A stretch of 64,000 nucleotides of DNA from Euglena gracilis (lineage: Eukaryota), in the NCBI GenBank assembly GCA_039621445.1, contig CP154954.1, positions 15,085,805 through 15,149,804 on the forward strand, given 5' to 3'. The position numbers were made by a program, and so were the translations under genes. The notes under the pieces are model-generated. The model was not told where the DNA came from, did not search any database, and worked only from the letters and a program-made list of their open reading frames with translations. Of the stretch, positions 44,217 through 57,117 are shown one piece after another; the stretch's first letter is position 1; each line of letters begins with the position of its first letter.

Positions 44217-47200
44217 ATGCAAAGCACAGGCCCCAACCATCAATTCAACTATGCCTTATTACAGGCATCATTGCAAGACATTGACCAAGAAACTGGGGAC
44301 TGGAAGCTTTTATGTGAACGTGCTTCCAGTTCCCACGCCGATGAGGCACAATTGGTTCAATTGTCAAGATTGCAACATTTGTCATCATTGACAGTGGTCG
44401 GCGATGAGCCCTCCACTTCATTGGCTTCAGAGGCTAATGCGGCCTCTTCCGCAATCACCTTGCCACAACGGGGGTATTCGCCTCTGTCTGCGGCAATGGT
44501 GCAGCTGCGCACGCCGGAGAGACCCGTGGTGATTCCGCCACCGGGCTTCTCTGGTGATGGTGGGCTGGAAACCCCGTGTTTCTTTCAACCACCACCCGTT
44601 CTTCCACCGGCAAGCCCTTACAGAGCTTTGCCACCACCACCCGATCTTGGGTGCTATCCCGCATTACCTTGGCAGCCGGAGACTCGCCTAGTGGTACCAG
44701 AATTCTCTGGTACGTCCCAACCCATGGATGGCTATGGGAAGGGCACTGGGGAGCTCCTCACTGCTGAGGATGTGCAGGATATCGTTGCTCGGCTTCCAGG
44801 GGATCACCCCCTTGTGAGGCAGTTCAACCATGTGCAACAATGTGTTGCAGATTGTGCAACTGCACTGAACAAAGTGCTTCAGTTTGATGAGGACAACCAA
44901 AAACATGTCTTCACCAATCTGGAATACTGCTGGAATTACTTGCAGGAAGTTGGGAAATATTGCCAGAGGAATTTCGAAAGTGCGGGTATTGACCTTGCAA
45001 ACTTTCGGGAAACCTTTGACAAAATGTGCCAACAACTCCCGCAAAACTTCCGGCAAATAAGTGAATGCATGCATGAAGCGGAAACGCGGAATGACTCCAA
45101 GTTTCTGCACTTGCATGACTCACTACGGCAGTTATCGGGACAAATGCAGTCCTGTTCATCCGCGTTGTTGCATTTGCAACAACAGTTGCATGCACGAGAT
45201 TCCTCGTCTGCAACAACAAACAGTGGTGGATTTGTGTCTACGGACCATTTCATCACATTGTCCGCAACTTTTCATGAATCGAAACTCCGCATTATGCAGT
45301 TGTGCGATGAAACGGAAACGTTTCGGCAATTCCAGTCACAAGCTAATGAGAATTTTGCTCCCCACGCGTATGTGCGGCAGTTGGAGGAGCGACTTTCCCG
45401 TTTGGAGCAGAAAACCTGCTATTGTGATGCAAATCGGGTTCGACTATCCAATCTGAGCGCGAAAGTCGCGGAAGTAGCACAACGACAGGATTACTTGCAG
45501 TTGCAGTTGCAATCCGACATTGGCGGGATTAACTCGGCCATTGCGGGTTTGCAACAAAGCTATTCCGCACTTTCCCACCGAGTTTCGGACATTAGCGGTA
45601 TTCAAACTGCTATTGGAGAACTCCAGACCCGGTATGCATCTGTGTCTACCAAAGTAGCGGAAATGCAGTCTCTACCTGCAGCTTCCAGTTCCCGGATTAC
45701 AGAGAACCCTGATTTCAAGGCATTTTATGACAAAATGCTCACTGGCAATCAGGAAACCTTGCAAGATTTCTGCAACAGCCTATTACGGCTTGAGGAATCG
45801 GTGAATCGGAATTCCCGATCCACGCAAGGTGAGATTACCAGGTTGGATGAGCGAATTTCCGCGTTTCTGGATAAGCCACAACCCGGAAATTTGCCCGTAG
45901 GTACCACAACCGCGTTGTCGGATAACCCCGCACTGGTTGAACCCAACACCACACCAACCAAGGTGCAAACACCTTTGCAGATTCTCTCAAAAGCTGTAAA
46001 ATCATTAACGGGACAACTCCAATTATTGGATGAGTCTCACGGGAAACTTGTCCAAGATGTTACCGGAATTTCTGAAAGGATTCCGCATTTGGATGACTTT
46101 TCCCGTTACCGCAAGCGTATTCGCGCTTCGGAGGATGAGGTTAACCGTTTTTGCGGCCAACTCCAACTCGTTGAGCATTTGGAGCAAAGTGTGCATTACT
46201 TGTCTGTCGGTTTGGATAGTGTCCAACCAACAGCGGGTTTCACACCGCAATTCGGCAGTATGCATTGCCGAAGATGCGCCACATGTTCCAGATTCGCGTT
46301 TCCACAACCCGAATCCAGGTGCACACGCACCACCACCACCCGTGTCCCGAGTGTCACAATCCGCGATTCCGCGAATGGTGCCACCATTGGCCCTGTCCAC
46401 AACCCAAACCCAGTTTTCGGATGAACTTCCCATTACGGGAACCGAATTTTCGGAAAACACGGCGATTCTGCAAATGTCTCCATCAAGAAATACATCATTG
46501 CATGCTTGTGCGTGGAATGAGCCAAACCCGTACACCGGGAGTGGGTCACATGTTGCATGCGCGACATACCCCCACACCGGAGAGTCCCCCTATTACGGGT
46601 GACCAACAGGGTTTGCGACCGGATTTCCGGTACCAGGATTCACCTTCACCAGAAATTTCGCGATTCCGACAAGAATCCGGAAAGGATACGCTTTGTGCTC
46701 GAGCGTACCCAGGCACAAAACCGCGGAATACCACCGAGGGTCATTGGGTTTCTCAGAAAGACTTCAAGGGCACCATCGCAATCGCGAACAAGGTGAAACC
46801 CCAATGGGAAGGTGATCCAACCACATGGAGACAGTTTTTCCGGGACTGAGAGTACTACTGGGCATTGAAAGGGCCAACCCAGGACACAAACCCGGAGGTG
46901 ATCAAGATGTAATTCATCGATTGCCTCCCTAGGGATGAGAAGGAGCGCGCGCGACAACTTGTAATTCGCTACCGCGTTTCCTTTGATGACCTGGTGGAGC
47001 AATACGCTTCCACCAGTTCAAGTTTGGTCGCTGGGATTACTCTAGAGACCAAGTGGTGGCAATGCGCCTCCCCCGATCGCAATTGGAAGTCCATTGACCT
47101 TTGGTATGTCAAATGGTTAGGACTTGCCGCTGAAGTGGATGAACTCAGTGAAAAGCAAATGCGCGAACAGTTTGGCGCTTTTCTCATGCATTTTACGCCT

Positions 47201-48192
47201 AGCCTCATTAAGGATATCCATCGTGAGGAGTTGGCGAGTCATCCAATGACTCTTGGCCAACGCTGGAACTACGTTTTCAAGCAATTGAAGCTATCACAGC
47301 TTCTTGGTCAGATTCAATCCGTGTATAACGCACACCAAACCGCTGGATTACCGGCTGGTTCGGTGAACGCATTGCAAAAATCACCGGTTTCACCCACTTC
47401 ACCCACCACGGGATCGAAAACGTGATATCCGCGTTCTTCGGACCAAGCCACAGATAAAGTGTGCTTTTTGTGCAACAAATCGGGACATATGTCTCGGGAG
47501 TGTCCTAATCCTGAAGCGCGAAAGCGTATTCAGAGTCCGCGAGGCTCGACCTCATCACGAGGTTCGGGTTCTTCCGCATTTTAACGCCAATCGGGCAATT
47601 CACGGTCATCGGGTCCCCGTTCCGGTGGTATTAGCCCCCGGATCCCGTTCCGTGATGAGCGGAAACACGGTACCCCTCGGGGTAGGTCACCCGGTGCACC
47701 AGCCAAAAAGCGTGATTCTTATCCCGAGACACCGCGATCGCGTTCGCGACGCGGATCATCCTCTTCGCGATCCTCATCTGGAAAACCCCGATACACCGGT
47801 CATGGTCGACGGGATACCTGCTCACAACGACGGTTTGACGGGAAATCAGGAAACCGATCCCCCCGTTACCCAGAACGCGACACAAATCTCGGTGTTCGCT
47901 TTGTGGATCGAGTGATCACCACTCATACAAATGTCCGCGTTCTCGTTCTCCCCGCCCTGGCCATCGTCATCGCGGTATGAATCGCGGTGACAAGGGTCAA
48001 TCCTCCAACCGCCATAAAGTCGGTTTCAAGATATCTTGTTTGGAGGATGACACCCCGGCTTCGGGCAGGGAGGGGAATGAGACCACGGATACCGATTTCG
48101 ACGAGGCCCGCATGGCGGTGCGCACATTGAAATCCGTTTATACGTCTAATTGGCCCATAGCCGGCTATTCGGCCGGTTCGGACCTGGAGTAG
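44217..48192 (+). pseudogene. gag: Long gag of element B; disrupted
   Basis: MQSTGP.. long coiled-coil ORF to 46424; VSQKDFKGTIAIANKVKPQ; WRQFFRD*EYYW; CFLCNKSGHMSREC at ~47462; homologous to element A gag. Confidence 0.87.
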
Positions 48193-48419
48193 GGGAGCCC
48201 GAGGTCCGAGGGCACGGACCTCTGGGCTGATGAACAGATGGAGGTAGGACCTGATCAACCCTGCCCCCCCTGCCCATCTGCCTTTCTGGTCGGTACCCGG
48301 AAAATTTTCGGGTCCCCCACCCCCCACTCCAACTTTCCGCTCGGAATGTTGTGCAAAGTAGGAAAGGGTTCATGGGAAAGCTGGCAAGAAAACGTATTTT
48401 CGCCAGACCCTTCACTTTG

Positions 48420-48790
48420 CCTACCCCCCATGGAACTTTTGGTCCAAGCGGAAATCAAAATCAAATTTTTTTGTGCAAAAGTCAAAATTCTCATTGACAC
48501 TGGTTGTCGCATTGCACTACTTTTTCGGTTCGGGTTGATACCAACCCCCATCTTGGTGAAAGCCAAGAAGCCGATCAAAATTACGACGGCTGACAACACC
48601 CCCATGTGCGGTGGTGACTTGGGACGCTTTCTGGACATTGTCCTACCCCTCATCCCCAAGCACCACTCACACCCCCCCCAACCGCAAAATTTTCCGGATA
48701 CCTGGGGATACGAATCCGGAAACCATGGTTCTGACGTATTTATAGGACACCCCTTTTTACGTCAGCCCCGGCTGGTAGTGGATTGCCACT
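48420..48790 (+). CDS. Aspartic protease of element B
   Basis: KILIDTGC..IKITTADN..DVFIGHPFL. Confidence 0.9.
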
Positions 48791-49649
48791 GCCACTGTTT
48801 GCGCACACCACCATTCTCTTCATTGCCAAATTCTCTTCATCCCCAAATCTTCATCACCTGTGGCGTCAAACCGCGACGACCACCAATTTTTCAACACCGT
48901 TTTCAAAAACTTTTAACCCGTTACCAACCACACCAACCAACGTTTTACACACCGGGTGTACCGAGAAAGTTCACCCCCTGCCCACTGACACACCAACTTC
49001 CGTTCCCCATGAAGCAGGGCAGGCGAGTAGCGGTACCCCTCTCGTTCCACTGGGTTACAAGACGCAAGCCCAAAGGCCTGAAGTAATTACGGTGTCGAGT
49101 AGTCGCCCAGCTGCACCAACATCCCGTTTTCCACCAGATGTATCGCTTTCAGATACATATGTACACCCCCCAGCAGCTACAAAAGCGCATCCCAACTTTT
49201 ACACACATCCTCACCAGACCAACACGCGCGACCAGGACCACTACTCCAACACTTCCTTCCAATGTGTGCACTGTAGGAGAATTTCCGCCCAGCCAGATTT
49301 CGATTGTGGTTGTTTAGTCCAAACACCAACACTAATCCCGATTTCGCTCACCCATACACTTGGTTGCGGATCGCAATGCGCGACCGTACACCAAGTGCTC
49401 CAACAACGAGGTATTGCCTTGTTGTTTGGGTCCGCGAAATCCGTGTCACACACCTCCCCCACCTCCATCTGGCATGATATGGACTTGGTATGCACCCATC
49501 CAACCCATCAACCCTTGGGAATGCCCCTATGGAGTGTGGATGACACACCCTTGACCTATGTTTGTGGATCCCTGAATTGCGTTACCGCTCTTCAACCCGC
49601 GAACCAGGTGGACACCTACGCGATGCACGTGTGGAACGCATTTAATTTT

Positions 49650-50055
49650 GGTCAATACCGTATTTTGGAGGAATGGTTCTCCAAAATAGCTGTTTTGGCT
49701 GATTCTTTAGATTTGTCGTTGGAAATTGATGCGTTTTCATCAAAAGCGCATGCGCGCTTGTCGCGATATTGATCGCGACATTCCAACGCATTTCTTAAAT
49801 TTTGGGGTGATACGTTGCTATGGATGCACCCTCCCCCAAAACTTATCCCGGATGTGGTGGAGAATATCCTCCGCGATGAAGCGCGAGGAGCTCTCTTCAT
49901 ACCCGTCAATCCGAATGCAGATTGGTTTCACCAACTATCCTATGTGTGCTTTCATTGGTGGGATTTACCCGCTGATGTACCACTATTCGAGGATTTTTGT
50001 GGTATATTATTACCACCTGTTAAAGAAATCATTTTTCGTGTTTGTTTCTTTGACA
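49650..50055 (+). pseudogene. Dam-like N6-adenine methyltransferase domain of element B (one in-frame stop)
   Basis: QYRILEEWFSKIA..LEIDAFSSKAHARLSRY*SRHSNAFLKFWGDTLLWMHPPPKLIPDVVENILRDEARGALFIPVNPNADWFHQL..WWDLPADVPLF..LPP..FRVCFFD. Confidence 0.75.
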
Positions 50056-50303
50056 CATTCGGAATATCCGATTTGCGTGTGCCAAGATACCTTGGTACCA
50101 ATGGGGATGCCACACCCTCAACACAGATTTCCGCGGTCATTGAGAGTGCTGACCAACACCCCAAGTCAGCTGATTAGTGTTCGCGAATTACTCGCGAATT
50201 CCATGGTGTACTGGATAACCCAGTTTACGCCTGCGACATCGACCGCGCGATTCGCGGTCCGTTCGGTTTTTGCAAAATCGAGCTCAAGGGTGGAGCTAAA
50301 CCC

Positions 50304-52092
50304 ATGCACCGGAAATTCTTCCGTTGTTCGGGTGAACGCGAACAAGCTCTCAACGAGATGATTGAGAAGCTCATCCAGCGGAAGTGGATTATCCCTTCCA
50401 AGAGTGTATGGACATCACAAGCCTTTGTGATGCCCAAACCCGCTGACCAGTCTGGTCAGAAGAAATGGAGACTGGTGCTGGATTACCGGTACCTGAACTC
50501 CCAAACGAAGTATGACCCCTTCTCATTACCGCTGATCGAGGATTTGATCACCAGACAATCGGATAACCGGTTGTGGTCAATCTTTGATCTGGACGACGGT
50601 TTCCATCAAATGCATTTGCATCCTGATTCGCAACCGTATACGGCATTCGTGACATCCAAGGGTGTGTACCAATGGACGGTACTCCCCATGGGTGTTAAGA
50701 ATGGCCCAGCCATGTTTCAACGCATGATCCAGTGGGTTTTGCGCGATTTACCGTTTGCTCCGGTGTACATCGATGATGTACTGGTGGGAACCCAACCGCC
50801 ATCCTCGAAGTCGGGCGAGGATATCCTCGAACCGCATTATCGCGATGTGCGGGCGGTATTATCCGCGTTCAAAAAGCATTTGCTTTTTGTGAAGGTTTCC
50901 AAAAGGCACCTGTTTCGCAAAATTATTAAGTTTTGCCGGCATATCCTGAGCAACGGGCAGCGTAAAGCCGCACCCAGCAAGATGGAGGCCATTAAGAAAT
51001 GGACTCCTGAGGTCATTAAGACCATAACGCATTTAAAGGGATTTTTGGGATTAGCCCAATATTACGCGATTTACATGAAAGATTTCGCGAAAACCGCGGT
51101 ACCCCTAACCCGACAGCTCAAACATTGGACACCCGATAACGCAAAAGTCATTTGGGATGACCAAATGCGCGAGGCCTTGAATACAATCAAGGACTTGCTC
51201 CTCGAGAACGTGGTTCTCGATATCGCGGATCCATACAAACCGTATGTCCTGGAAGTCGACATGAGCGATTACGCTGTTGGCGGGGGTCTTAGCCAGCATA
51301 ATGCGGCGAATGAACTCCGACCTATGGCTTTCTTCAGCAGGAAGCTACAGGGCGACAACGGGAAAGGACAGGTTAAATGGAGCATTCGCGAAAAGGAGAC
51401 ATATGCCATTGTGCTTATTATCCAGAAATTCTGCAGCTGGATAGCCAGCAGCTTGGTCCAGATACTCGTGTTGACGGATCATGAGAGCCTTCAACACTGG
51501 TATACCGAGGACCTGAACAAGGCCATGTCATCAGTTGGCAGAAGATGCCGATGGCATGAGTTCTTGAGCCAGTTTAACCTGGTGGTTACCTATACCCCAG
51601 GTCACACGCAAAAAGTTGCGGATCCTCTCAGCCGAGCCCCCCGGTTTTATCCTGGGAACCCGGAAGAGGGTGATGCTACTTTTCATGGCAGCCATGAGGC
51701 TGACCAGTTCGCACGTCGATCCGACGCTGCGAACAACATGCTCGATTCACTACCCGTTTCCCGGGTATATCGCAGCATCGCCATTTCACCACTGCGTGGA
51801 ATGCGCCGACGTGGACGCACTGCCGGAGCCCGTCGCATTACGCGTACGGAAACTCCTACCCCCTATTTTTCCGCGAATAGGATTATTCGCGTGACCCTAT
51901 ATATATATAGTACCATTGTGAATAGACTTCGTAATGGTTAATCCATAGAGAATTACTCTCTATCACCATTGGGACTTATTTTCCGGAATGATTCTGGTTA
52001 TAAATATATGTATACCCCAAGACCTGGTTGATGATGTGATTTTGAGCTATCACAACCATGGTCACCCTGGGGCCCCCAAACTGCTTTCACTA
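50304..52092 (+). CDS. pol: RT, RNase H and integrase N-terminus of element B
   Basis: 545-aa ORF with KWRLVLDYRYLN, LPMGVKNGPAMFQR, YIDD (50766-50777), FLGLAQYY, DMSDYAVGG, EKETYAIV, TDHESL, VADPLSR, then YHNHGHPGAPKLL, truncated at ~52092. Confidence 0.95.
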
Positions 52093-52779
52093 TGTTCCCG
52101 CCCGTGGGCGCCCGAATTGTTTCAATTCAACGGCTTTCCGGCTTCTCGACCGCTGCGAGCGGCGAAAAAGCCGTGGAAAACGGCTGAAAAGCCGTGTTGA
52201 ACAGCGAAGATGCCGTTTCTCCGTGCCCTTTTGGCGGAAAAGCCGTTTGGCCGGCGGCACTGGCGCAAAAGGCGGCTTTTTTGTACTCCGTCGCGGAAAA
52301 CCGACAAGGAAGGAAGGGACACCGCGGGCGAAGCACAAAGGCCTTGGGAAACTGAGGCCCCCCCTTCTCTCTCCGCCGGCCCACGACGCAAAAAAAAACG
52401 CCCATTTTCTTTGCTGTGGCCTTTTTTTTAACATGGCTGGCTTTCCCCGTTTGTTTCGACAACATATTTGCCAACCCCTCAACTAACAAGGAAAAGCAAC
52501 TCTCATCGCAAAGTGTTCGTGACAAAGTGCGGGACAAAACTGTTCTGGAGTTCTGGGACAAAAGTGCGGGACATCTCAAAAGAAGGGTTGCTGTCACTGC
52601 TGTGCCTCCGCCACTTTGTTCTGCAACGAGTGCAGTATAAGCTCTTGAAAAGCAGAAGCGTATATCTGGCCGAATTGCACCATTTCTCGTTCAGCTGTCG
52701 GGCAGGGGAAAAAATTCCTCTACGAAAAAGAGGAGTCCAGAATGAGGCTCACAACCAGAACAAAACATGCATTGCACAC

Positions 52780-53092
52780 ATGGTGGCCATCATGGGGCAT
52801 GATGGCAGATGGCCATCCTGGGTTGTGATGGCCATCAAGGGTCATGATGGACATCAAGGGTCATGATGGCCATCACAGGTCATGATGGCCATCAGGGCCA
52901 TCAGGTGTCATCATGGCCATCATGGATATTGATGGGCATCAAGGGTCATGATGGCCATCATGGGTCATGATGGCCATATGGGTCAGGATGGCCATCATGG
53001 GTCATTATGGCCATCATGTCATGAATATGGGTCAGGATGGGCATCATGGATCTTGATGGCCATGGGTTGTGATGCACCTCATGACAACCATG
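52780..53092. repeat. Degenerate minisatellite built on palindromic GATGGCCATC units
   Basis: Repeated GGGTCATGATGGCCATC variants. Confidence 0.88.
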
Positions 53093-53235
53093 GACAGAAA
53101 AATGGCCCTAAAGTGCTAAGTGGGGGGCGAAAAAAACAAAAAAAGCAAATATCCCCAAACTGGAAAAACCAAATCCAACAGAAACTTTTTTTTTCAAGAG
53201 CTTTGATGGAAGGAATTGAACAAACTCTTTACAAT

Positions 53236-53584
53236 CAGGGGTTTTTTCAGACGGGGGGGGAGGGGATCGGCAGACACCCACCAACATGGCCAAAAATGCA
53301 TGAAATTGCACCTCTTTCAAAATTTTCGAGGCCAGAAAAGATATACTCACCAGCCCGTACCCCACCCCCCCAGTGGGGGGGGGGGCAGGGGGTCCAAGGG
53401 CCACCAAAATTGGCCAGAAATGCATGAAATTGCACCTCTTTCAAAATTTTCGAGGCCAGAAAAGATATACCCACCAGCCTGTACCCCACCCCCCAGTGGG
53501 GGGGGGGGCAGGGGGTCCAAGGGACCCACCCACCCCACCCCCTCCCCCCCGGGGAGGTCTCCAAGGCTTAAAAAAAAAACCCTG
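53236..53584. mobile_element. hAT-like MITE
   Basis: CAGGGGTTTTTT / AAAAAAACCCTG termini; TSD TTTACAAT / TTTCCAAT (7/8); internal ~120-bp tandem duplication. Confidence 0.8.
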
Positions 53585-53659
53585 TTTCCAATCTCCTGCG
53601 TTCATGGGGGAACCCATGGTCAGGGACCATAGGCCACTGTAGAACGGCTGGTTCAACAT

Positions 53660-53914
53660 CAGGCTTTTGCTCAAGGACCTGGGGGGGGGGGCTCATCTGC
53701 TGGACTCTGGAAAAAAAAATTGACTTGCTAGACCCCCCCCCTCCACCCGCCGGTCCGGGGGTCCCCGCAGCTGGAAAAAATTTTCCTGCGAGGTGGAAGT
53801 GAGGTTTTTAATCGGTCTTTGGCTGATTTTGTTCCAAAAATTCCCCAAATTGGACTAGCCGCAGTCCAGCCCCCCCCACTCCAGGGGTACTGCAATCCCT
53901 TAAGCAAAAGCCTG
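53660..53914. mobile_element. hAT-like MITE
   Basis: TIR CAGGCTTTTGCT / AGCAAAAGCCTG; TSD TTCAACAT / TTCAACAC (7/8). Confidence 0.85.
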
Positions 53915-56124
53915 TTCAACACGGAAGGTTGAAGTGCTTGTGCAGCGCAACTTCAGGCTCAACTTTTGCTCGGTCTTCCGAGCATTCAGGAGCCACAGTA
54001 CGGGACATTGAATGAATGCTGCACCCCCATCTCCGGCAGAAGTGCAACCACCGTTAGGGGATGAACCCCTGCCGACAGAGACATATGTCGCACCGGCTAC
54101 AACGGAGGTTCAACCTCCCGTAGCACCTGCGCCAGCGGTTGTGGAGGATCAACCTCCTCGACCGGATGTCGAAATGGAACTGGAGGAAGTACCCCCACGA
54201 CCACCGACACCGCGCAGGATCCCTGCCGTCCCGAGGACAATGGCAGAGTTTATGGGAGTGTCAGCGCCTGTGGAAGCACCGATTCCGGTGACGACCACAG
54301 CACCACGCCCCGTCGGGCAGGATGACCCTGCTCGGCGCAGGGCGGCTGAACAACCCCAGGAACGAGTGCCGACCCCTCGGAGCGTCATGCGCGATCCAGC
54401 GGTCATTATGCCCGCTTCGCCCAGACGGCAAACGTCTGCTCCGGCACCATCGGCTCCTGATACCAGGAGGAAGCCACAGGCGTCGCCTCCTGATTCCGGG
54501 AGTGCGAAGCCGAAAGGAGGCAAACCGGGTGCTGTACCCTTTAAACCCCCTGCCAAAGGCGATGATGGGAAACCACCACCGAAAGGTAGCGCTGGAGGTC
54601 AGACTGGCGGACAGTCGAAAGGCCCTACGACAATGCACGACTATTCGGCCGTTACATCGTCCGGGTACGGCAAGAGCAAACCGAAAGGTAAGGCTCATGG
54701 TCGACAGGCCCAATCTTCCGCCGGATCGACGGATGAGGAGCAGGATGAATCTTCTTCACCTCCCGTGTCTGCGGATGCCCATCTCTGGACTCAGGATATC
54801 CTGACCAGACTAGGCACCGTGGAAGAGAGGACGAAGAAACTGGCTGCTATTAGGCAGCAGAAAGGGTCACATAATCGATAGATTCAGCCCCTCTTCGTCC
54901 GAGGAGAACCTTTCCACTATGTCCCGGAACATACCTGGACATTCTGGAACAGGCGCTCACCCAGAGTACTTGCACAGTACTTTGGCGAGGATTGTGTGTT
55001 GGATTTCCAGCACGGCACGTCATTTGCCTGAACGTGCACCGTGTGCCACCATCTGCGGCACTACCAACCGCTTGTGCATGTGTGCAAGCGGCAGGTGCAA
55101 TCCACGACGTTCCATCACAGGGCATATGTGCCGAACTGTGTGGCGCTCGTATGTGGCGAGTGCCTGAACGCCTGGAAGCACAGCTTGAACTACTCCTACA
55201 GTGAGAATGCTCACGACAGGGATATCCCTGCCTTGTGCATCAACTGTACAGGGGCCAAGTTCGTGCAGACTGCTGATGGAGCAGTCACCACCATTGTCCC
55301 CCAGCACTTGGAGACACTGGAGAAGTGGAAGAAGGAGTACAAGCAGGTGGAAGGCCGCCTGAACCACTCCGACTTCCGAAAGGTAGAAAGCTACCGCCAC
55401 ACGGGAATGGCCCGTGAGTTCCAGACAAACGCTGGGGCAATGCGCCTCGCCGTCGAGGAACACGCCAAGGTAAGAATGCCTTACCTCTGGACCGATGGCG
55501 ACTGGGAGACACAGGTTTACCCCCTGTTCTCCAAGCGTCAGCACGGCGGATACGCCTTGCCACTGTGGCCTCCTGAAGAACACGATTTAGTGGACTTCAG
55601 AGGTTGGTTGGCGGCTGTATTACGGCCCCATACTGCAAGAGCTCGGACAGCGAAGTGGATGTATGACATCAACTTCAAGCAGACCCCGGGGATGCCCCCG
55701 CAGGTGTCTGCGAATCACCCCCGGATGAATTACATCATCTGGCCGGTGATGCTGCCCAGAATTTTCTGGGAACAGCTCCAACGGTACCTTCAGCACATTG
55801 CTGACCGTACCAGGGAGAAGCTGCCGGACAGTTGGATCAAGGACTGGGAGACCCCATCCTTTGATGTCAAAGATCCGGAGCACAACACCATCCGGAGCGA
55901 ATCAGCTCCGCAGCGTTCCCCACGCCAACTGGAGTTGGTTGAGGACCCATTAGGGGACCCTCAACACGACTATTGGCGTGAGGTGCGCGAACGCCCAGCC
56001 GATAAAGGCAGGTGAGGTGGCTGTAAGCGCCAATGCGGCGTCTTTCAGAAACCTCGTCAGGTATTTGCCTGACACCCTGTTCGGGTATTTGCCCGAACAC
56101 CCCTTCGAAGACCCTTTGCGGTAT

Positions 56125-56925
56125 ATATTATATACCGCCCGAAAGGCAATGGTAGAGCCGAGGCAGCCGTGTCCGTTGTCAATATGCTTCGCCTTTCAGT
56201 GGCTGACTCGGGTAAGAATTGGTTATAGGTTCTTCATTGGTGTTAATTTTATATCAATACGTTGCCAGGGTTGGTATTAGCACACTCACCGTACAAAATT
56301 GTTTTCGGACGAGACCCTCCGGGCATAGCGGATATCCCCTCGGAGAGACCCGACCGAAGTAGTGTCAGCTGTGAAACGTGGTTTGCAGAAGTGGAATCAC
56401 TCCGCTCTGCAGTCCAATCACGTGTCACAGAAATTCATTCCAATAAACGGAAATCTTTTTTACAAAACTTCAACACACCCGTGTATAGTCCAGGTCACCG
56501 CGTGTGGGTACGGAATAACCGCACCCGCATGCAATCTTCCAAGCTAGATCATCTTTGGCTCGGCCCATGCGAATTTTTGGAGAGATTAGGTAGTATCGGG
56601 CGATATAAAGTTGCCTTGCCCAACGGGATTGAGGACGTCCATATGGACGACTTCAAACCGTACCTAAGCCCCCCAGACGGAAAGGCTATCACCTGCCTAT
56701 ATTTCAAGCCCCGTTCCAGATTACCTGAAACGGACGACTTTGTGGTCGATAAGATAATAGAGCACAAGGTCGACAGGGGTGTGCACTACTGGAAAGTTCG
56801 CTGGAAAGGGTATGGGCCAGAGAGGACACTTGGGAGCCAGCATCCAGTTTTGTTGGACATATCCAGCAGTATTGGAAGCTGTGGAACAAGCGCAATAACA
56901 TAGACAAAAACATAAACACTTTCTG
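56125..56925 (+). pseudogene. Integrase C-terminal part + chromodomain (copy 1)
   Basis: IYRPKGNGRAEA..HSPYKIVFGRDPP..WLGPCE..VHMDDFKPY..FVVDKIIEHKVDRGVHYWKVRWKGYGPE. Confidence 0.9.
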
Positions 56926-57117
56926 AAACGATTTCGTTTCGGAGAATGTGTGTGTTTTATGTGAATGTTTCGCGTTTATACCCACCCCTGCACTCATCTT
57001 CTGTCTTTCTCACAGAGTTTTTGATTAAGATAGAAGCCTTCTTTTTTCAGTGCACCAGCACTCAAAGCTACTGACAAAAAGGTTTCCCTTCGTTGCAGTC
57101 GTCGTTCGGGTAGCATC

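Larger units (their letters stand above)
52093..54010. mobile_element. Foreign insert interrupting element B (possible TIR element carrying a minisatellite and two MITEs)
   Basis: Retroelement homology stops abruptly at ~52092 and resumes at 54019. Weak terminal complementarity ATGTTCCCG / CGGGACAT. Confidence 0.55.
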
